From positions 1 to 62,525 of the forward strand of contig JACPGJ010000005.1 in the NCBI GenBank assembly GCA_016182555.1: a stretch of DNA of 62,525 bases. The letters are read 5' to 3'. Position numbers and translations under genes: made by a program. The notes beneath the pieces were generated by a model, which saw only the letters and a list, made by a program, of their open reading frames with translations, did not search any database and had not been told where the DNA came from. The stretch comes from Candidatus Kerfeldbacteria bacterium (lineage in GTDB: Bacteria > Patescibacteriota > Patescibacteriia > UBA9570 > XYC2-FULL-38-9). Below are positions 8,537-18,745 of the stretch, piece after piece. Position 1 is the stretch's first letter. Every line of letters starts with the position of its first letter.

Positions 8537-9601
8537 ATGATGGCTCCCAAAAACACAAATAAAAAAATTGATTTGTTATTAACCGCGGCTGTGCAACAAA
8601 GAGCCTCGGATTTACATTTAGCAGTAAAGATGCCACCAACGCTTCGGGTGAACGGTGATTTGGTTGAATTATCGAATGAAGGCCCTCTATCTTCTGCGAA
8701 TGTTGAAGAAATGGTTATGTCGATGTTGACTAAAGATGAGCAGAAAAAATTTATTGAAAATCGGGAGTTGGATTTTTCTTATGAAGTTGTTGGTGTGTCG
8801 CGTTTCCGTGTGAATATCCATTGGGAAAAGGAGCATATTGGGTTGGTGGCTCGTGTTGTTTCCAACCATATTCCCACTATGGAAGAACTCTACTTCCCAC
8901 AAACCGTTTACAATTTAGTGCGCGGTCGGCAAGGATTGATTTTAATCACTGGTCCGACCGGGTGTGGCAAGTCTACCTCTCTTGCCGCGATGATTGATTT
9001 GATTAACACAGAGCGTCGTGCGCATATTGTCACACTGGAAGACCCAATTGAATTTATTCATACATCCAAACAGTCTTTGATACGCCAACGTCAACTACAT
9101 TCAGACTTTCTCTCTTTTGCAGAAGCGCTGAAACACGTGGTGCGCCAAGATCCGAATGTGATTATGGTTGGTGAAATGCGCGACATGGAAACGATTGCAG
9201 CGGCGATTACGGTGGCGGAAACAGGCCATTTAGTGTTCGCAACCCTTCATACGATCAGCGCAGCAGAAACGATAGATCGTATCGTCGATATTTTTCCCCC
9301 ACACCAACAAGAGCAAATTCGCGTCCAATTAGCGGCTGAATTGCGAGGAGTTATTTCTCAGCAATTGCTTCCTCGTGTGTCTGGTGGTCGTGTGGCCGCG
9401 CGAGAAATTTTGGTGAATACCCCAGCGATTGCGAATTTGATTCGTGAGAATAAAATTTCACAAATAAAAACAGTCATACAAACAAGCGCCAACATAGGCA
9501 TGCAAACGCTTGACCAAGACATTCGTGGATTATATCAACGCGGTGAAATTACAGAAGACACCGCGAAGATGTATATGAGCAACCCGATGGGGTTGGAATA
9601 A
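8537..9601 (+). CDS. pilT: type IV pilus twitching motility ATPase PilT
   Basis: Walker A GPTGCGKST, LEDPIEF, Walker B VIMVGEMRD, His-box GHLVFATLHT. Length 354 aa, typical of PilT. Confidence 0.9.
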   Translation: MMAPKNTNKKIDLLLTAAVQQRASDLHLAVKMPPTLRVNGDLVELSNEGPLSSANVEEMVMSMLTKDEQKKFIENRELDFSYEVVGVSRFRVNIHWEKEHIGLVARVVSNHIPTMEELYFPQTVYNLVRGRQGLILITGPTGCGKSTSLAAMIDLINTERRAHIVTLEDPIEFIHTSKQSLIRQRQLHSDFLSFAEALKHVVRQDPNVIMVGEMRDMETIAAAITVAETGHLVFATLHTISAAETIDRIVDIFPPHQQEQIRVQLAAELRGVISQQLLPRVSGGRVAAREILVNTPAIANLIRENKISQIKTVIQTSANIGMQTLDQDIRGLYQRGEITEDTAKMYMSNPMGLE

Positions 9602-10468
9602 CTACATAAACTCCTTGAAAAGCGGGGTGATGTCGATATTGGTGATGTCGTGCTCCACAAGCGGTTTTTCGGCAATGGCTGGAAGGCTATCTTCGTATGT
9701 TGGGGTGTCGACTTGGTAAAAAATGCCCGTAGCGATGCGCGTATCCCATTCTTCACAGCGCTCCATGGCCATTTTTTTATTTGTGTTGTCGTATGTGGTG
9801 TCTTCATCCAACCGATAGACGCGTGATTTAAAAAATTCGTAGGTGTTGAGTTTATTGAATGTCACACACGGTTGCAATACGTCGATGAGCGCAAAACCGT
9901 TGTGTTTCATGCCAGCAAGAATAATATCATGCAAGAATTGAATATCTCCGGCAAAACCACGGGCAATAAAGCTGATGCCCTCAGAGGCAAGTGCAAGTTT
10001 AATTGGGTTCACGGGTGTTTCAATCGCGCCAAATGGAGAAGAAGATGTTTTCATCCCTGGCTCAGTGGTTGGCGAGTACTGTCCTTTGGTGAGTCCATAG
10101 ACTTGGTTGTTATGCACAATATAGGTCATGTCCATATTGCGGCGCATGGCGTGCATAAAGTGCGCCATCCCAATGCCGTAACCATCACCATCTCCTCCAA
10201 CCGCGACCACATTCAGTTTGTGGTTCGCCAGGTGCACGGCGGCAGCCAGTGGAAGTGCGCGTCCGTGAATACCTTCAAAACCGTAGGTGTTTACAAAATG
10301 ATTTAATTTTCCGGAACAGCCAATGCCAGAAACAATACAGGTTTCGTGGAGGGGGCGTTCAAGCGCGATGAGCGCTTTTTTGATACCCATGAGAATACCA
10401 AAATCTCCGCAGCCTGGGCACCAGTCTGGGTTTTCGGTTGTTTGCAGATTAGTGAGTTTCATGGTCAT
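9602..10468 (-). CDS. korB: 2-oxoacid:ferredoxin oxidoreductase subunit beta (TPP-binding)
   Basis: WCPGCGDFGIL, GGDGDGYGIG TPP motif. 4-nt overlap with the alpha subunit. Confidence 0.9.
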   Translation of the reverse strand: MTMKLTNLQTTENPDWCPGCGDFGILMGIKKALIALERPLHETCIVSGIGCSGKLNHFVNTYGFEGIHGRALPLAAAVHLANHKLNVVAVGGDGDGYGIGMAHFMHAMRRNMDMTYIVHNNQVYGLTKGQYSPTTEPGMKTSSSPFGAIETPVNPIKLALASEGISFIARGFAGDIQFLHDIILAGMKHNGFALIDVLQPCVTFNKLNTYEFFKSRVYRLDEDTTYDNTNKKMAMERCEEWDTRIATGIFYQVDTPTYEDSLPAIAEKPLVEHDITNIDITPLFKEFM

Positions 10469-12216
10469 AGGTGTTTTTTTGCTTGCTCAAGAATTTCTTC
10501 CGGATAGAATGGCCGGCCACCGTATTTGCGGAAATGATCGCTCATGGTGATGCCGGCGTGTTCACGAACCCAGCCTTCTAACTGCCCAAGTTTATTGCCC
10601 TCCACACACAGTGTCTTTTTTGTTTTGCGCAGCGCCTCTTGAACGAGCTTGAGTGGAAGCGGATCGATATAAATAAAATGAAGATAATTTATGGATAAGC
10701 CAGCAGCTTCAGCCATACGCACGGCTTCCAGCGCTGGTTGTTTTGTGGAACCCCAACCAACAATCGTGAGGTCAGCATTTTCCGGGCCATAAAATACCGG
10801 GCCTTTGGCATCGGTTTTCAAAAAGGTTTGAAGTTTTTCAAAACGTTTGTCATTTTGTTTCACGGTTTCCAGTTCGTCTTCGGTTGTTGCGCCAGATTCA
10901 ACATGTTCGTAGGAAGAGGCGATGTGCCGCCCGTGTTCCATGCCCGGCAATGCGCGTGGTGAAACGCCGTCTTGGGTATATTTGTGGCGAAGGTACGCTG
11001 CTCCATTTTCCACAGCAGCATTTAATTCATCTTGTGTGAGTAATTTTCCGCGGTCAATAGATGTGGTTGCTTCATATAACTCGACCGATTTCCATGATTC
11101 TTGTACATATTTATCAACAACGACGATGACCGGCGTTTGGTATTTTTCTGCCAGGTTAAAGGCTTCATAAGTAGATTGAAAACATTCTTCAGCATCGCCA
11201 GGTGTGAGCACGATGCGTGGGAATTCGCCTTGTGATGCGTGCAACACAAAACGGAGATCGGCTTGCGATGTCCACGTTGGTAAACCGGTGGACGGCCCTG
11301 GGCGTTGACCCATAATCACCACAATCGGTACCTCGGCAAGACCAGCCATACCGAGTGCTTCGCCCATTAAAGCAAAGCCACCGCCAGAGGTTGCGGTCAT
11401 AGCGCGCACTCCAGCAAACCCGGCACCGATAATCATATTCATTGCCGCAATTTCGTCTTCCGTGTGCTTCACGACCAAATCCATCTTTCTTTCTTGTCGC
11501 GAAAGGTAACCGAGAATATCAGAGGATGGAGTCATGGGGTAGGCAGCAAAAAATTTCATGCCGGCTTTCATGGCGCCCATGGCAATAGAACCATTACCAG
11601 AAATAACCATGTGTGGTTTTGCAGGGGTTCGTGCTTCTATGTTGTAGTTAAACGTGGCGTATTTTCCCGCCACCGCATCGTACCCGATTTTCGTGAGCGC
11701 GACGTTTTCTTCTGCTAGGTGCGGTTTCTTTTTTCCGAACCAATCGCTGATCACCCCTTCAATAATTTCCCATGGGCATTGTAATAAACCAAGAGATGCG
11801 CCAATAGCAATCGTATTACGTGCAACCCGATGCCCTTCTCGTTCTTTGATAATTTGGTTCATCGGCACCGGTACCCAGATGAGTTGTTTTCCTTCAATAG
11901 TGGGAAGGCCGTCTTTAAAATCAGCAGGGTCATAAATAATCGCTGAACCGTCAATCAGTTCTTCCGTATGCAATGTGATCGTTTCTTTGTTTAGCGCCAC
12001 CAAAATATGAACAGGGTGGATTTGCGTACTCGCTTGTTCGGCATCGACAAAGACCTGGTAGGTGTTGTGACCGCCGCGAATCAGTGAAGGATATTCTGGA
12101 TACGCAAATGTTTTTAAGCCTGCTCGCATACAGACACGTGAAAAAACGAGGCCGGTGGTCATAATGCCAAAACCCGCTTCGCCTCCAATTTTCCACTGAA
12201 ATCTGTTTGTTTCCAT
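10465..12216 (-). CDS. korA: 2-oxoacid:ferredoxin oxidoreductase subunit alpha (fused gamma-alpha type)
   Basis: 583 aa. N-terminal GGEAGFGIMTTG (gamma/POR domain) followed by AYPMTPSS...TSGGGFALM of the alpha domain. Confidence 0.9.
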   Translation of the reverse strand: METNRFQWKIGGEAGFGIMTTGLVFSRVCMRAGLKTFAYPEYPSLIRGGHNTYQVFVDAEQASTQIHPVHILVALNKETITLHTEELIDGSAIIYDPADFKDGLPTIEGKQLIWVPVPMNQIIKEREGHRVARNTIAIGASLGLLQCPWEIIEGVISDWFGKKKPHLAEENVALTKIGYDAVAGKYATFNYNIEARTPAKPHMVISGNGSIAMGAMKAGMKFFAAYPMTPSSDILGYLSRQERKMDLVVKHTEDEIAAMNMIIGAGFAGVRAMTATSGGGFALMGEALGMAGLAEVPIVVIMGQRPGPSTGLPTWTSQADLRFVLHASQGEFPRIVLTPGDAEECFQSTYEAFNLAEKYQTPVIVVVDKYVQESWKSVELYEATTSIDRGKLLTQDELNAAVENGAAYLRHKYTQDGVSPRALPGMEHGRHIASSYEHVESGATTEDELETVKQNDKRFEKLQTFLKTDAKGPVFYGPENADLTIVGWGSTKQPALEAVRMAEAAGLSINYLHFIYIDPLPLKLVQEALRKTKKTLCVEGNKLGQLEGWVREHAGITMSDHFRKYGGRPFYPEEILEQAKKHL

Positions 12217-12265
12217 TCAAAAAGTATAAACTATTCTTTCTATTGAAGCAATTTGGTTCGTCGAA

Positions 12266-13003
12266 TTATTGTCCAAAACTGAAACCGTCTGCAATTTCGA
12301 TATTAGCGCCATTGACGCTGTGATTTTCTGCCATTACCAGAAACGAAATGACGCGAGTGATATCAGCAAATGCGACATACTTTCCTGTTGGTGTGGGAAT
12401 TTTCACTACAGATGATTCAAGAATACCTGGTGAAATAGTATTCACGGTAATACCAAAGCGCGCGTTGTCTGCCGCGAGCTGTTTGGTGAGCATGATGATA
12501 CCCGTTTTGGCGATGTAATACGGAGTGGTGCGTGGGCGAACAATCATACGTGCAGCATCTACTGCACCAAGGTTGATAATGCGACCACCACGATTTTTCC
12601 GCATGTGTGGGATAACGGCGTTACAGATATAAAATGTCGCATTCAGATTAGTGTTCATGACCTCTTGCCAATCGGTAGTGCTTGTTTGCGCGAGTGGTTT
12701 AAAAATAAACCCGCCAACATTATTGACTACGACATCTAATCGGCCATATCGTTGAATAATAAGATCAATCATTGCATGTGCTTCTTCTGCATCGCGCAGA
12801 TCAGCGCGGAGCATTGAAGAGTCTTGGTTGCTTCGGCGTAATCCACGTACCAATGCCGTTGCTTCTTTTTCGCTGTGAAAATAATGAACGACAACCATGT
12901 AACCATCTTTCGCTAATTGTTTAGCGGTCGCGGCGCCTAAACCTTTTGCTGCGCCAGTCACAAGCGCAACACGTTGCGTTGTATTGCTTGGTTTTTTTTT
13001 CAT
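12266..13003 (-). CDS. SDR family oxidoreductase (FabG-like)
   Basis: TGAAKGLG (TGxxxGxG), NNVG, YYIAK (YxxxK). Confidence 0.85.
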   Translation of the reverse strand: MKKKPSNTTQRVALVTGAAKGLGAATAKQLAKDGYMVVVHYFHSEKEATALVRGLRRSNQDSSMLRADLRDAEEAHAMIDLIIQRYGRLDVVVNNVGGFIFKPLAQTSTTDWQEVMNTNLNATFYICNAVIPHMRKNRGGRIINLGAVDAARMIVRPRTTPYYIAKTGIIMLTKQLAADNARFGITVNTISPGILESSVVKIPTPTGKYVAFADITRVISFLVMAENHSVNGANIEIADGFSFGQ

Positions 13004-13686
13004 ACGAGTTGATGTAATTGAGCTATACTAATTTCATTGAAATTTCGAATTATCTGTATTGCGTGTTCCAAGTCTTGAGCTGGAAAGGTCGTCAGTAGAG
13101 CGACAACAGTAATACCTGCTAACCGGGCAGATTCGATGCCGGGCGGTGAATCTTCAAACGCTACTACTTCATGGGGAGAAAGGTTGAGCTGATCGAGCGC
13201 GGCGCGGTAGGGGGCTGGGTGTGGTTTACGAGCGGGCACATCTTCACACGCAATAATACAGGAAAAAAATTTTCGTAGATTTACACGGTCCAATTCATTT
13301 TCAATGAAAGATCGAAAACCAGAAGAAACAATGGCGAGCGCAATATTGGCATCAGCAACTGCCGAAATAAATGTTTTTGCACCGGGGAGTAGTGTATCGT
13401 GTTCATCAACATGTTGTTGAAAATAGCGATAAGCTTTTTTTGACAGTTCAGCGATGCGATCTTCGTCATCAATGCCGCGCATGGCCAATGCGTGTCCCAA
13501 ACGTTCGGGATATAGGAGGCCCGAATACGCACGTAGTTCATCTGGGTCGATATCCACGCCCAGTTCTTCCTGTAACGTGTGTGCAATCGCCAGCCGATGA
13601 ATACGTTCGGTAGAAAAAAGTGTACCATCAAAATCTAAAAACACCCCTCGCACGTTGCCCGTGTGTGGGTATGCGGACACTGGCAT
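13000..13686 (-). CDS. HAD family hydrolase (beta-phosphoglucomutase-like subfamily IA)
   Basis: FLDFDGTLF (DxDxT), VSSG, FEDSPPGIESA. Confidence 0.85.
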   Translation of the reverse strand: MPVSAYPHTGNVRGVFLDFDGTLFSTERIHRLAIAHTLQEELGVDIDPDELRAYSGLLYPERLGHALAMRGIDDEDRIAELSKKAYRYFQQHVDEHDTLLPGAKTFISAVADANIALAIVSSGFRSFIENELDRVNLRKFFSCIIACEDVPARKPHPAPYRAALDQLNLSPHEVVAFEDSPPGIESARLAGITVVALLTTFPAQDLEHAIQIIRNFNEISIAQLHQLV

Positions 13687-13688
13687 AA

Positions 13689-13970
13689 TTAGTGGGCGCT
13701 TTCAATTTCTAAATCACCCTCTACTTGGCATTGGCAAGCGAGTCTTTGGCCGGGTTCTGCACCCATGGCTGAAAGGGTTTCTTTTTCCTGATCTTCTATG
13801 TCGGAAATATTTTCTTCGCCAACAGGTATGTTAATGAGGCAAGTACCACAAATGCCTTGCTCACAACCAAAGGGAATGCTGGCGCCCTCTGCTTGCGCGG
13901 TATCGCGTAAATTTGCGCCCATTTCTGCCTCGACGGTGAGATCATCATCTTTGAATGTTACTTTTGGCAT
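13689..13970 (-). CDS. 2Fe-2S ferredoxin (plant-type)
   Basis: CEQGICGTC (CX4CX2C) plus the distal ACQC. 93 aa. Confidence 0.85.
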   Translation of the reverse strand: MPKVTFKDDDLTVEAEMGANLRDTAQAEGASIPFGCEQGICGTCLINIPVGEENISDIEDQEKETLSAMGAEPGQRLACQCQVEGDLEIESAH

Positions 13971-14095
13971 GGGAGAGTCATTTTATTTTTAATTCGGCTC
14001 CCATTATAGCACGCGTGTTTTTTGCTGCAAGCATTCGCATTGACGAAGCTGCAGTTTTTTTGTATGCTCATTGAGCTATTGAAAAAATAGTGTGC

Positions 14096-14167
14096 GCGCC
14101 CGTGGTGAAATGGATATCACAGCAGACTTCGGATCTGTTTTTGGGGGTTCGAATCCCTCCGGGCGCA
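14096..14167 (+). tRNA. tRNA-Arg (anticodon TCG)
   Basis: Hand-folded cloverleaf: acceptor GCGCCCG/CGGGCGC, D arm GTGA..TCAC, anticodon stem GCAGA/TCTGT with loop CTTCGGA, T arm GGGGG-TTCGAAT-CCCTC. CCA not encoded. Confidence 0.85.
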
Positions 14168-14187
14168 CATGAGGCCTTCGCCTCTTT

Positions 14188-14263
<76 letters not shown>

Positions 14264-14554
14264 CTATTCTGTGACAACGGTTTTCAACGCGTCTTTCAAA
14301 TTTTTTCCTGCTTTGAATTTTGGAATCACCACGGCCGGCACTTGAATGCGCTGCGTCGGGTTTTGTGGATTCACACCCATGCGTGCGCCACGATGTTTTG
14401 CCATGAACGTACCAAAACCGGCAAGTGTTACTTCTTCACCGCTCACCAGCGTTTCTTTAATCACCTCAACCAACAATTCGAGCATATCTTCGCACTGTTT
14501 TTTTGATAATCCGGAGCGTTGTGCGAGAACCTCGGCCAATTTCACTTTGTTCAT
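14264..14554 (-). CDS. hup: HU family DNA-binding protein
   Basis: MNKVKLAEVLA...GFGTFMAKHRGARMGVNPQNPTQRIQVPAVVIPKFKAGKNLKDAL is a canonical HU/IHF signature. The stop codon abuts the 3' end of tRNA-Lys. Confidence 0.95.
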   Translation of the reverse strand: MNKVKLAEVLAQRSGLSKKQCEDMLELLVEVIKETLVSGEEVTLAGFGTFMAKHRGARMGVNPQNPTQRIQVPAVVIPKFKAGKNLKDALKTVVTE

Positions 14555-14596
14555 ACTTCCCCCTCAAAATTAATATATTAAATTACTCATAGTATA

Positions 14597-15394
14597 TTAT
14601 AGCACAACCTTCTGGTCAATTCTGCAAATGTTTTCTGCCCGTTTTGTTGTGGTATTGATAGAAACCAGCACTCCAGACGCAACAACCTCCCGGGGGTTTT
14701 CTGGTGGTTCTAAGCTGATGTCCAATCCTTGCGCAACTTTTTTTATTACTAACTCTTTGTTCATACCAAGTGAAGAATCGGTGGCACCGGTCATGCCAAG
14801 ATCTGAAATATATGCTGTTCCTTGAGTGAGTATTTGTTCATCTGCGGTTTGTACATGTGTATGCGTACCAACCACAACAGAAGCGCGTCCATCGACATAC
14901 CAACCGAATGCACGTTTTTCACCTGTTGCTTCGGCATGCAGATCGACAATCGTGATTGCATCTTTGCCGTGTGCCGCATAGAGTTCATCAAATGCGGTAA
15001 ACGGTGAGGTAATATTTTTTTCATCTGGCATGAACACTTGTCCCATAAGATTGATGATGCAGAGCGCCGTGCCCCCCACTATCACCGATGACCACCCGCG
15101 CCCTGGTCGATCAGCGGGATAATTTGCTGGGCGCAGAATGTTGCGTGGATTGGCTTGCAACAGTTGCGCGCCCTTTTCATTTTTCCAAACATGGTTGCCC
15201 GAAGTAAAAAAATCTACTTCTGCATCACGCAATTCTTGTATAGTGTCTGGAGTAATGCCAAATCCATGCGCCAAATTTTCGACATTGGCGATCACGAAAT
15301 CCACCCCGTGTTTTTTGCGTAATTCAGGCACGGCTTTCTTTAAAGCAATCCTTCCTGGTTTTCCAACAACATCACCAAATAAGAGAATATTCAT
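14597..15394 (-). CDS. ymdB: YmdB-like metallophosphoesterase (TIGR00282 family)
   Basis: MNILLFGDVVGKPGR, ANVENLAHGFG, GNHVW, DLHAEATGEK. Located downstream of rny, as in Firmicutes. Confidence 0.85.
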   Translation of the reverse strand: MNILLFGDVVGKPGRIALKKAVPELRKKHGVDFVIANVENLAHGFGITPDTIQELRDAEVDFFTSGNHVWKNEKGAQLLQANPRNILRPANYPADRPGRGWSSVIVGGTALCIINLMGQVFMPDEKNITSPFTAFDELYAAHGKDAITIVDLHAEATGEKRAFGWYVDGRASVVVGTHTHVQTADEQILTQGTAYISDLGMTGATDSSLGMNKELVIKKVAQGLDISLEPPENPREVVASGVLVSINTTTKRAENICRIDQKVVL

Positions 15395-15442
15395 ATGTTT
15401 TATTCTAGGGTAGGGTTTTGGGCCGCGTGAGGCCCGCGAACG

Positions 15443-16957
15443 TTACCGCGCATATTCAATGATACGCGTTTCACGGATAACGTTGACCTTAATTTCTCCT
15501 GGATATTTCAACTCTTCTTCAATCTTTTTGGCGATATTGCGTGCGAGTGTATGCGCAGCAAAATCATCAATTTTTTCTGGTTCCACAAACACACGCACTT
15601 CGCGACCAGCCTGAATAGCAAATGCTTTTTGTACACCATCAAAACCCGCGGCAGTATTTTCCAATTCTTCTAACCGTTGAATATATTGTTCATACGAATC
15701 TTTACGTGCACCTGGGCGACCGCCAGAAATACAGTCAGCGACCTTGACAATGACACCCTCAATGGTTGGCGGGTAATCATCGTGGTGGCAAAATGCTGCA
15801 TCTGATAATTCTTGGTTGAAACCAAATTTTCGACCAATATCACGGCCAATTTCAGGGTGTGTGCCTTGAATGTCATGATCTAAGGCTTTACCAATGTCAT
15901 GAAACAAACCGGCTTTGCGACACATTGCCACATCGGCACCCAGTTCTTCCGCAATCAACGCGGCGAGGAAACCAACTTCAATAGAGTGACGTAAAACATT
16001 TTGGCCATAGCTCGTGCGGTAGCGTAGGCGCCCAAGAATTTGTGTCAGTTTTGGGTCAACACCCGGAATGCCAATTTCATATAACGCTTCTTCTCCAGCA
16101 CGACGAATTTCTCCGGCCAATTCTTTCTTCGCCATCTCTACGGCCTCTTCAATTTTGGTTGGATGAATACGTCCATCATCGATCAATTTATCGAGTGTCC
16201 GTTTTGCTAAGTGGCGGCGGATGGGAGAAAATCCAGAAATCAAAATAGATTCTGGGGTATCATCAACAATAACCTCGACACCAGTTAATTCTTCAATGCG
16301 TTTAATGTTGCGCCCCTCGCGACCGATGATTCGCCCTTTCATTTCATCGCTTGGTAAATGTAAGACAGTCGATGTCGTTTCTGCCGCATGAGACATGCCA
16401 CAGCGTTGAATAGCATCGGTGAGAATGCGGCGCGCTTTTTCATCATAGACATCGCTCGACTCAGCTTCCAGCTTTTTGATACGTGATGCGAGCGCTTCGC
16501 TCATTTCTTTTTCTACATTTTTGAGCAGAATTTCTTTTGCACGTTCACGGTCGAGTTCAGCCACACGCTCCAATTTTGCTAACTGTTCTTTTTTTACCGC
16601 AATAATTTCTTCTTTCACGTGGTCAATCTCTTCTGCCTTTTTTTGTAGTTGTTCTTTTTTCTGTTCAATATCTAATAGTTTTTGGTCAAACAGGCCTTCG
16701 CGTTTTTCTATGCGTTGTTGCATTTGTTGAATTTCTTTTCGGCGTTCCTGCTCTTCTTTCTTGGCTTCGTCAATAATAGAAAGAGCACGGTCCTTTGCTT
16801 CGAGTAGCACCTCTTGTTGTTTCGTTTTTGCTTCTTTTAGCATGCTTTCCGCTTTCATCTCTGCGGAATTTTGATTGGCGGATGCTTTGAGGTGACGCAC
16901 CACCCAACCACCGCCAAAACCAGCCACGACGGCAATTAATGCAATAATAATATCCAT
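15443..16957 (-). CDS. rny: ribonuclease Y
   Basis: N-terminal TM (MDIIIALIAVVAGFGGGWVV), long coiled-coil, KH domain (IIGREGRNIKRIEELTG), HD domain (GLFHDIGKALDH). The ATG at 16957 is preferred over the track start 16987. Confidence 0.95.
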   Translation of the reverse strand: MDIIIALIAVVAGFGGGWVVRHLKASANQNSAEMKAESMLKEAKTKQQEVLLEAKDRALSIIDEAKKEEQERRKEIQQMQQRIEKREGLFDQKLLDIEQKKEQLQKKAEEIDHVKEEIIAVKKEQLAKLERVAELDRERAKEILLKNVEKEMSEALASRIKKLEAESSDVYDEKARRILTDAIQRCGMSHAAETTSTVLHLPSDEMKGRIIGREGRNIKRIEELTGVEVIVDDTPESILISGFSPIRRHLAKRTLDKLIDDGRIHPTKIEEAVEMAKKELAGEIRRAGEEALYEIGIPGVDPKLTQILGRLRYRTSYGQNVLRHSIEVGFLAALIAEELGADVAMCRKAGLFHDIGKALDHDIQGTHPEIGRDIGRKFGFNQELSDAAFCHHDDYPPTIEGVIVKVADCISGGRPGARKDSYEQYIQRLEELENTAAGFDGVQKAFAIQAGREVRVFVEPEKIDDFAAHTLARNIAKKIEEELKYPGEIKVNVIRETRIIEYAR

Positions 16958-17230
16958 ACATTCGTCTTGTTTAGAATGGATGGTCAACCAGCGAACGGGA
17001 TGATTTTAGAACAATTTGAATGGAAATGAAAAAAGACCGTATTCTATTCGATTATGTACACGGTGGGCAAGTATCCAAAGTTGATCGAACAAAAAGGGCC
17101 ATAAAGCGCACATTTTAGAGGGAAATTTTCATATCCACATTCACCCAAGTAACTGACGACATCCAGAAAGTTAATAAAGTACGTATTGTATGTGCAGTTT
17201 AACTGTTTCACCTGCCAGAGTCAAGCAACC

Positions 17231-17253
17231 AAAAAACCCCGATATTCTCGGGG
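17231..17253 (-). terminator. rho-independent terminator (minus strand)
   Basis: CCCCGA/TCGGGG stem (17237-17242/17248-17253) followed on the minus strand by T6 (plus-strand A-run 17231-17236), 33 nt after the stop of the 17286-18131 gene. Confidence 0.7.
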
Positions 17254-17285
17254 TCATTTGCTATGGTTTACTACGAGTTTGTAAT

Positions 17286-18131
17286 TTAATCTGTGGTTTC
17301 CACAAATTCAACCATCGTGGGACCAGCAATACCGACGACTTCAGATGCCGGGCGTCCTTGCTGCATAATTTCCAAAAAGCGTTTGTTTTTCATACCGGAA
17401 CTACCAATGGTGAACGCCAGCTGGCCATCGGGAATATCTTTGAGACGATTATAACAAGGAAGGCGAAGCTGTTTGTTTTCGCTCACCCGAATCACGACCT
17501 TTTTCCCTACTTCAAACTGTACCTCTTCTGGGAGAATATTAGTTTTGAGGTTTCCAAATGAATCTACCCAACAGATGGCCATCGGCATTTCTGAAACTTC
17601 ACTATATTCTTCGTAGGGAAGATCTTTACCGGCCATGAGCGCCGCGGCTAAGCGAGGAAGGTAATCCAAACTGCGGAATTGTGTATGAATAATGCGGTCT
17701 TGAACTTTTTCTTCTAATTCCATGTGCGGGACAACGGTAGGAATGTCATACACTTTAATGACCAATTTTTCGCCCACCATTTTTTGCACCAAACTGAGTG
17801 TGTATCCATCAACGGTGGAAAAAATATCAATGTTGCCGACCTTCACCCATCCAAACGGGGTACCATTCGGCCAGCGTTTGGCCTTGCCATGTCGGTGTGC
17901 CACATTCGCTAAAATCATTCCTGGGCGTCCTTCAAAGGCATCAATCACATCCACAATATTGATTGCGGCTTCGAGATCGGCAGCGTCTGCGGTTTCTAAA
18001 TTGCTGGTCACACCAACAAAGATAATAGTACTTTCTGGAAAATAAGTGGCGACACGAGTTTTTAAACGACCCTGGGTATTATCATCACGACAGTCGGTGA
18101 TGTAGGCAATAGGCACGGGTGATTTGCTCAT
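17286..18131 (-). CDS. probable SAM hydroxide adenosyltransferase / DUF62-family protein (divergent)
   Basis: C-terminal-domain motif VDSFGNLKTNI matches the D.FGNl.TNi signature of DUF62/chlorinase-fluorinase-like SAM hydrolases. The N-terminal ITDCRDD is only loosely like the usual TDFG. Confidence 0.45.
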   Translation of the reverse strand: MSKSPVPIAYITDCRDDNTQGRLKTRVATYFPESTIIFVGVTSNLETADAADLEAAINIVDVIDAFEGRPGMILANVAHRHGKAKRWPNGTPFGWVKVGNIDIFSTVDGYTLSLVQKMVGEKLVIKVYDIPTVVPHMELEEKVQDRIIHTQFRSLDYLPRLAAALMAGKDLPYEEYSEVSEMPMAICWVDSFGNLKTNILPEEVQFEVGKKVVIRVSENKQLRLPCYNRLKDIPDGQLAFTIGSSGMKNKRFLEIMQQGRPASEVVGIAGPTMVEFVETTD

Positions 18132-18154
18132 AAGTGATAAGATAAACGTTTCCG

Positions 18155-18745
18155 TTATTTAATTATTTTATCAATAATACCGTATTTTTTTGCTTCGTCT
18201 GCGCTCATGAAATAGTCGCGGTCGGTATCTTGTTCAATGCGACTGAGTGGTTGTTTTGTGTGCTGCACGAGAATTTTGTTTAAACGATCTTTGACACGAA
18301 GAATATGCTCGGCAGCAATTTTGATATCCGATGCTTGTCCTTCTGTGCCACCCATCACTTGATGAATCATGACCTCGGCGTTGGGTAGGGTGAATCTTTT
18401 TCCTGCAGTACCGGCAGCCAGGAGAATGGCACCCATGGATGCCGCAATACCCACACAGATAGTGGAAACATCTGGTTTAATATATTGCATGGTGTCGTAC
18501 ACCGCTAGTCCTGCTGTGACGGAGCCACCCGGAGAATTGATATACAATTTAATATCTTTTTCTGCATCTTGTGATTCCAAAAAGAGCAGCTGGGCAATCA
18601 CGGTATTGGCAACGCTGTCATCAATTGGTGATCCTAAAAAAATAATTCGCTCTTTGAGTAAGCGCGAGTAAATGTCGTATGCCCGTTCCCCGTAGCTCGA
18701 TTTTTCGATAACGGTTGGGATGAGATAATTGGCGGTTTTGCTCAT
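18155..18745 (-). CDS. clpP: ATP-dependent Clp protease proteolytic subunit
   Basis: [37 protein letters not shown] (catalytic Ser), MIHQ (His). Confidence 0.95.
   Translation of the reverse strand: MSKTANYLIPTVIEKSSYGERAYDIYSRLLKERIIFLGSPIDDSVANTVIAQLLFLESQDAEKDIKLYINSPGGSVTAGLAVYDTMQYIKPDVSTICVGIAASMGAILLAAGTAGKRFTLPNAEVMIHQVMGGTEGQASDIKIAAEHILRVKDRLNKILVQHTKQPLSRIEQDTDRDYFMSADEAKKYGIIDKIIK

Noticed and set aside
13971-14095. Possible small RNA between the ferredoxin gene and tRNA-Arg
   Set aside because: The region is explained by a TTGACG-17-TATGCT promoter (14040-14068) for the tRNA pair. The only hairpin is a weak 5-bp stem.
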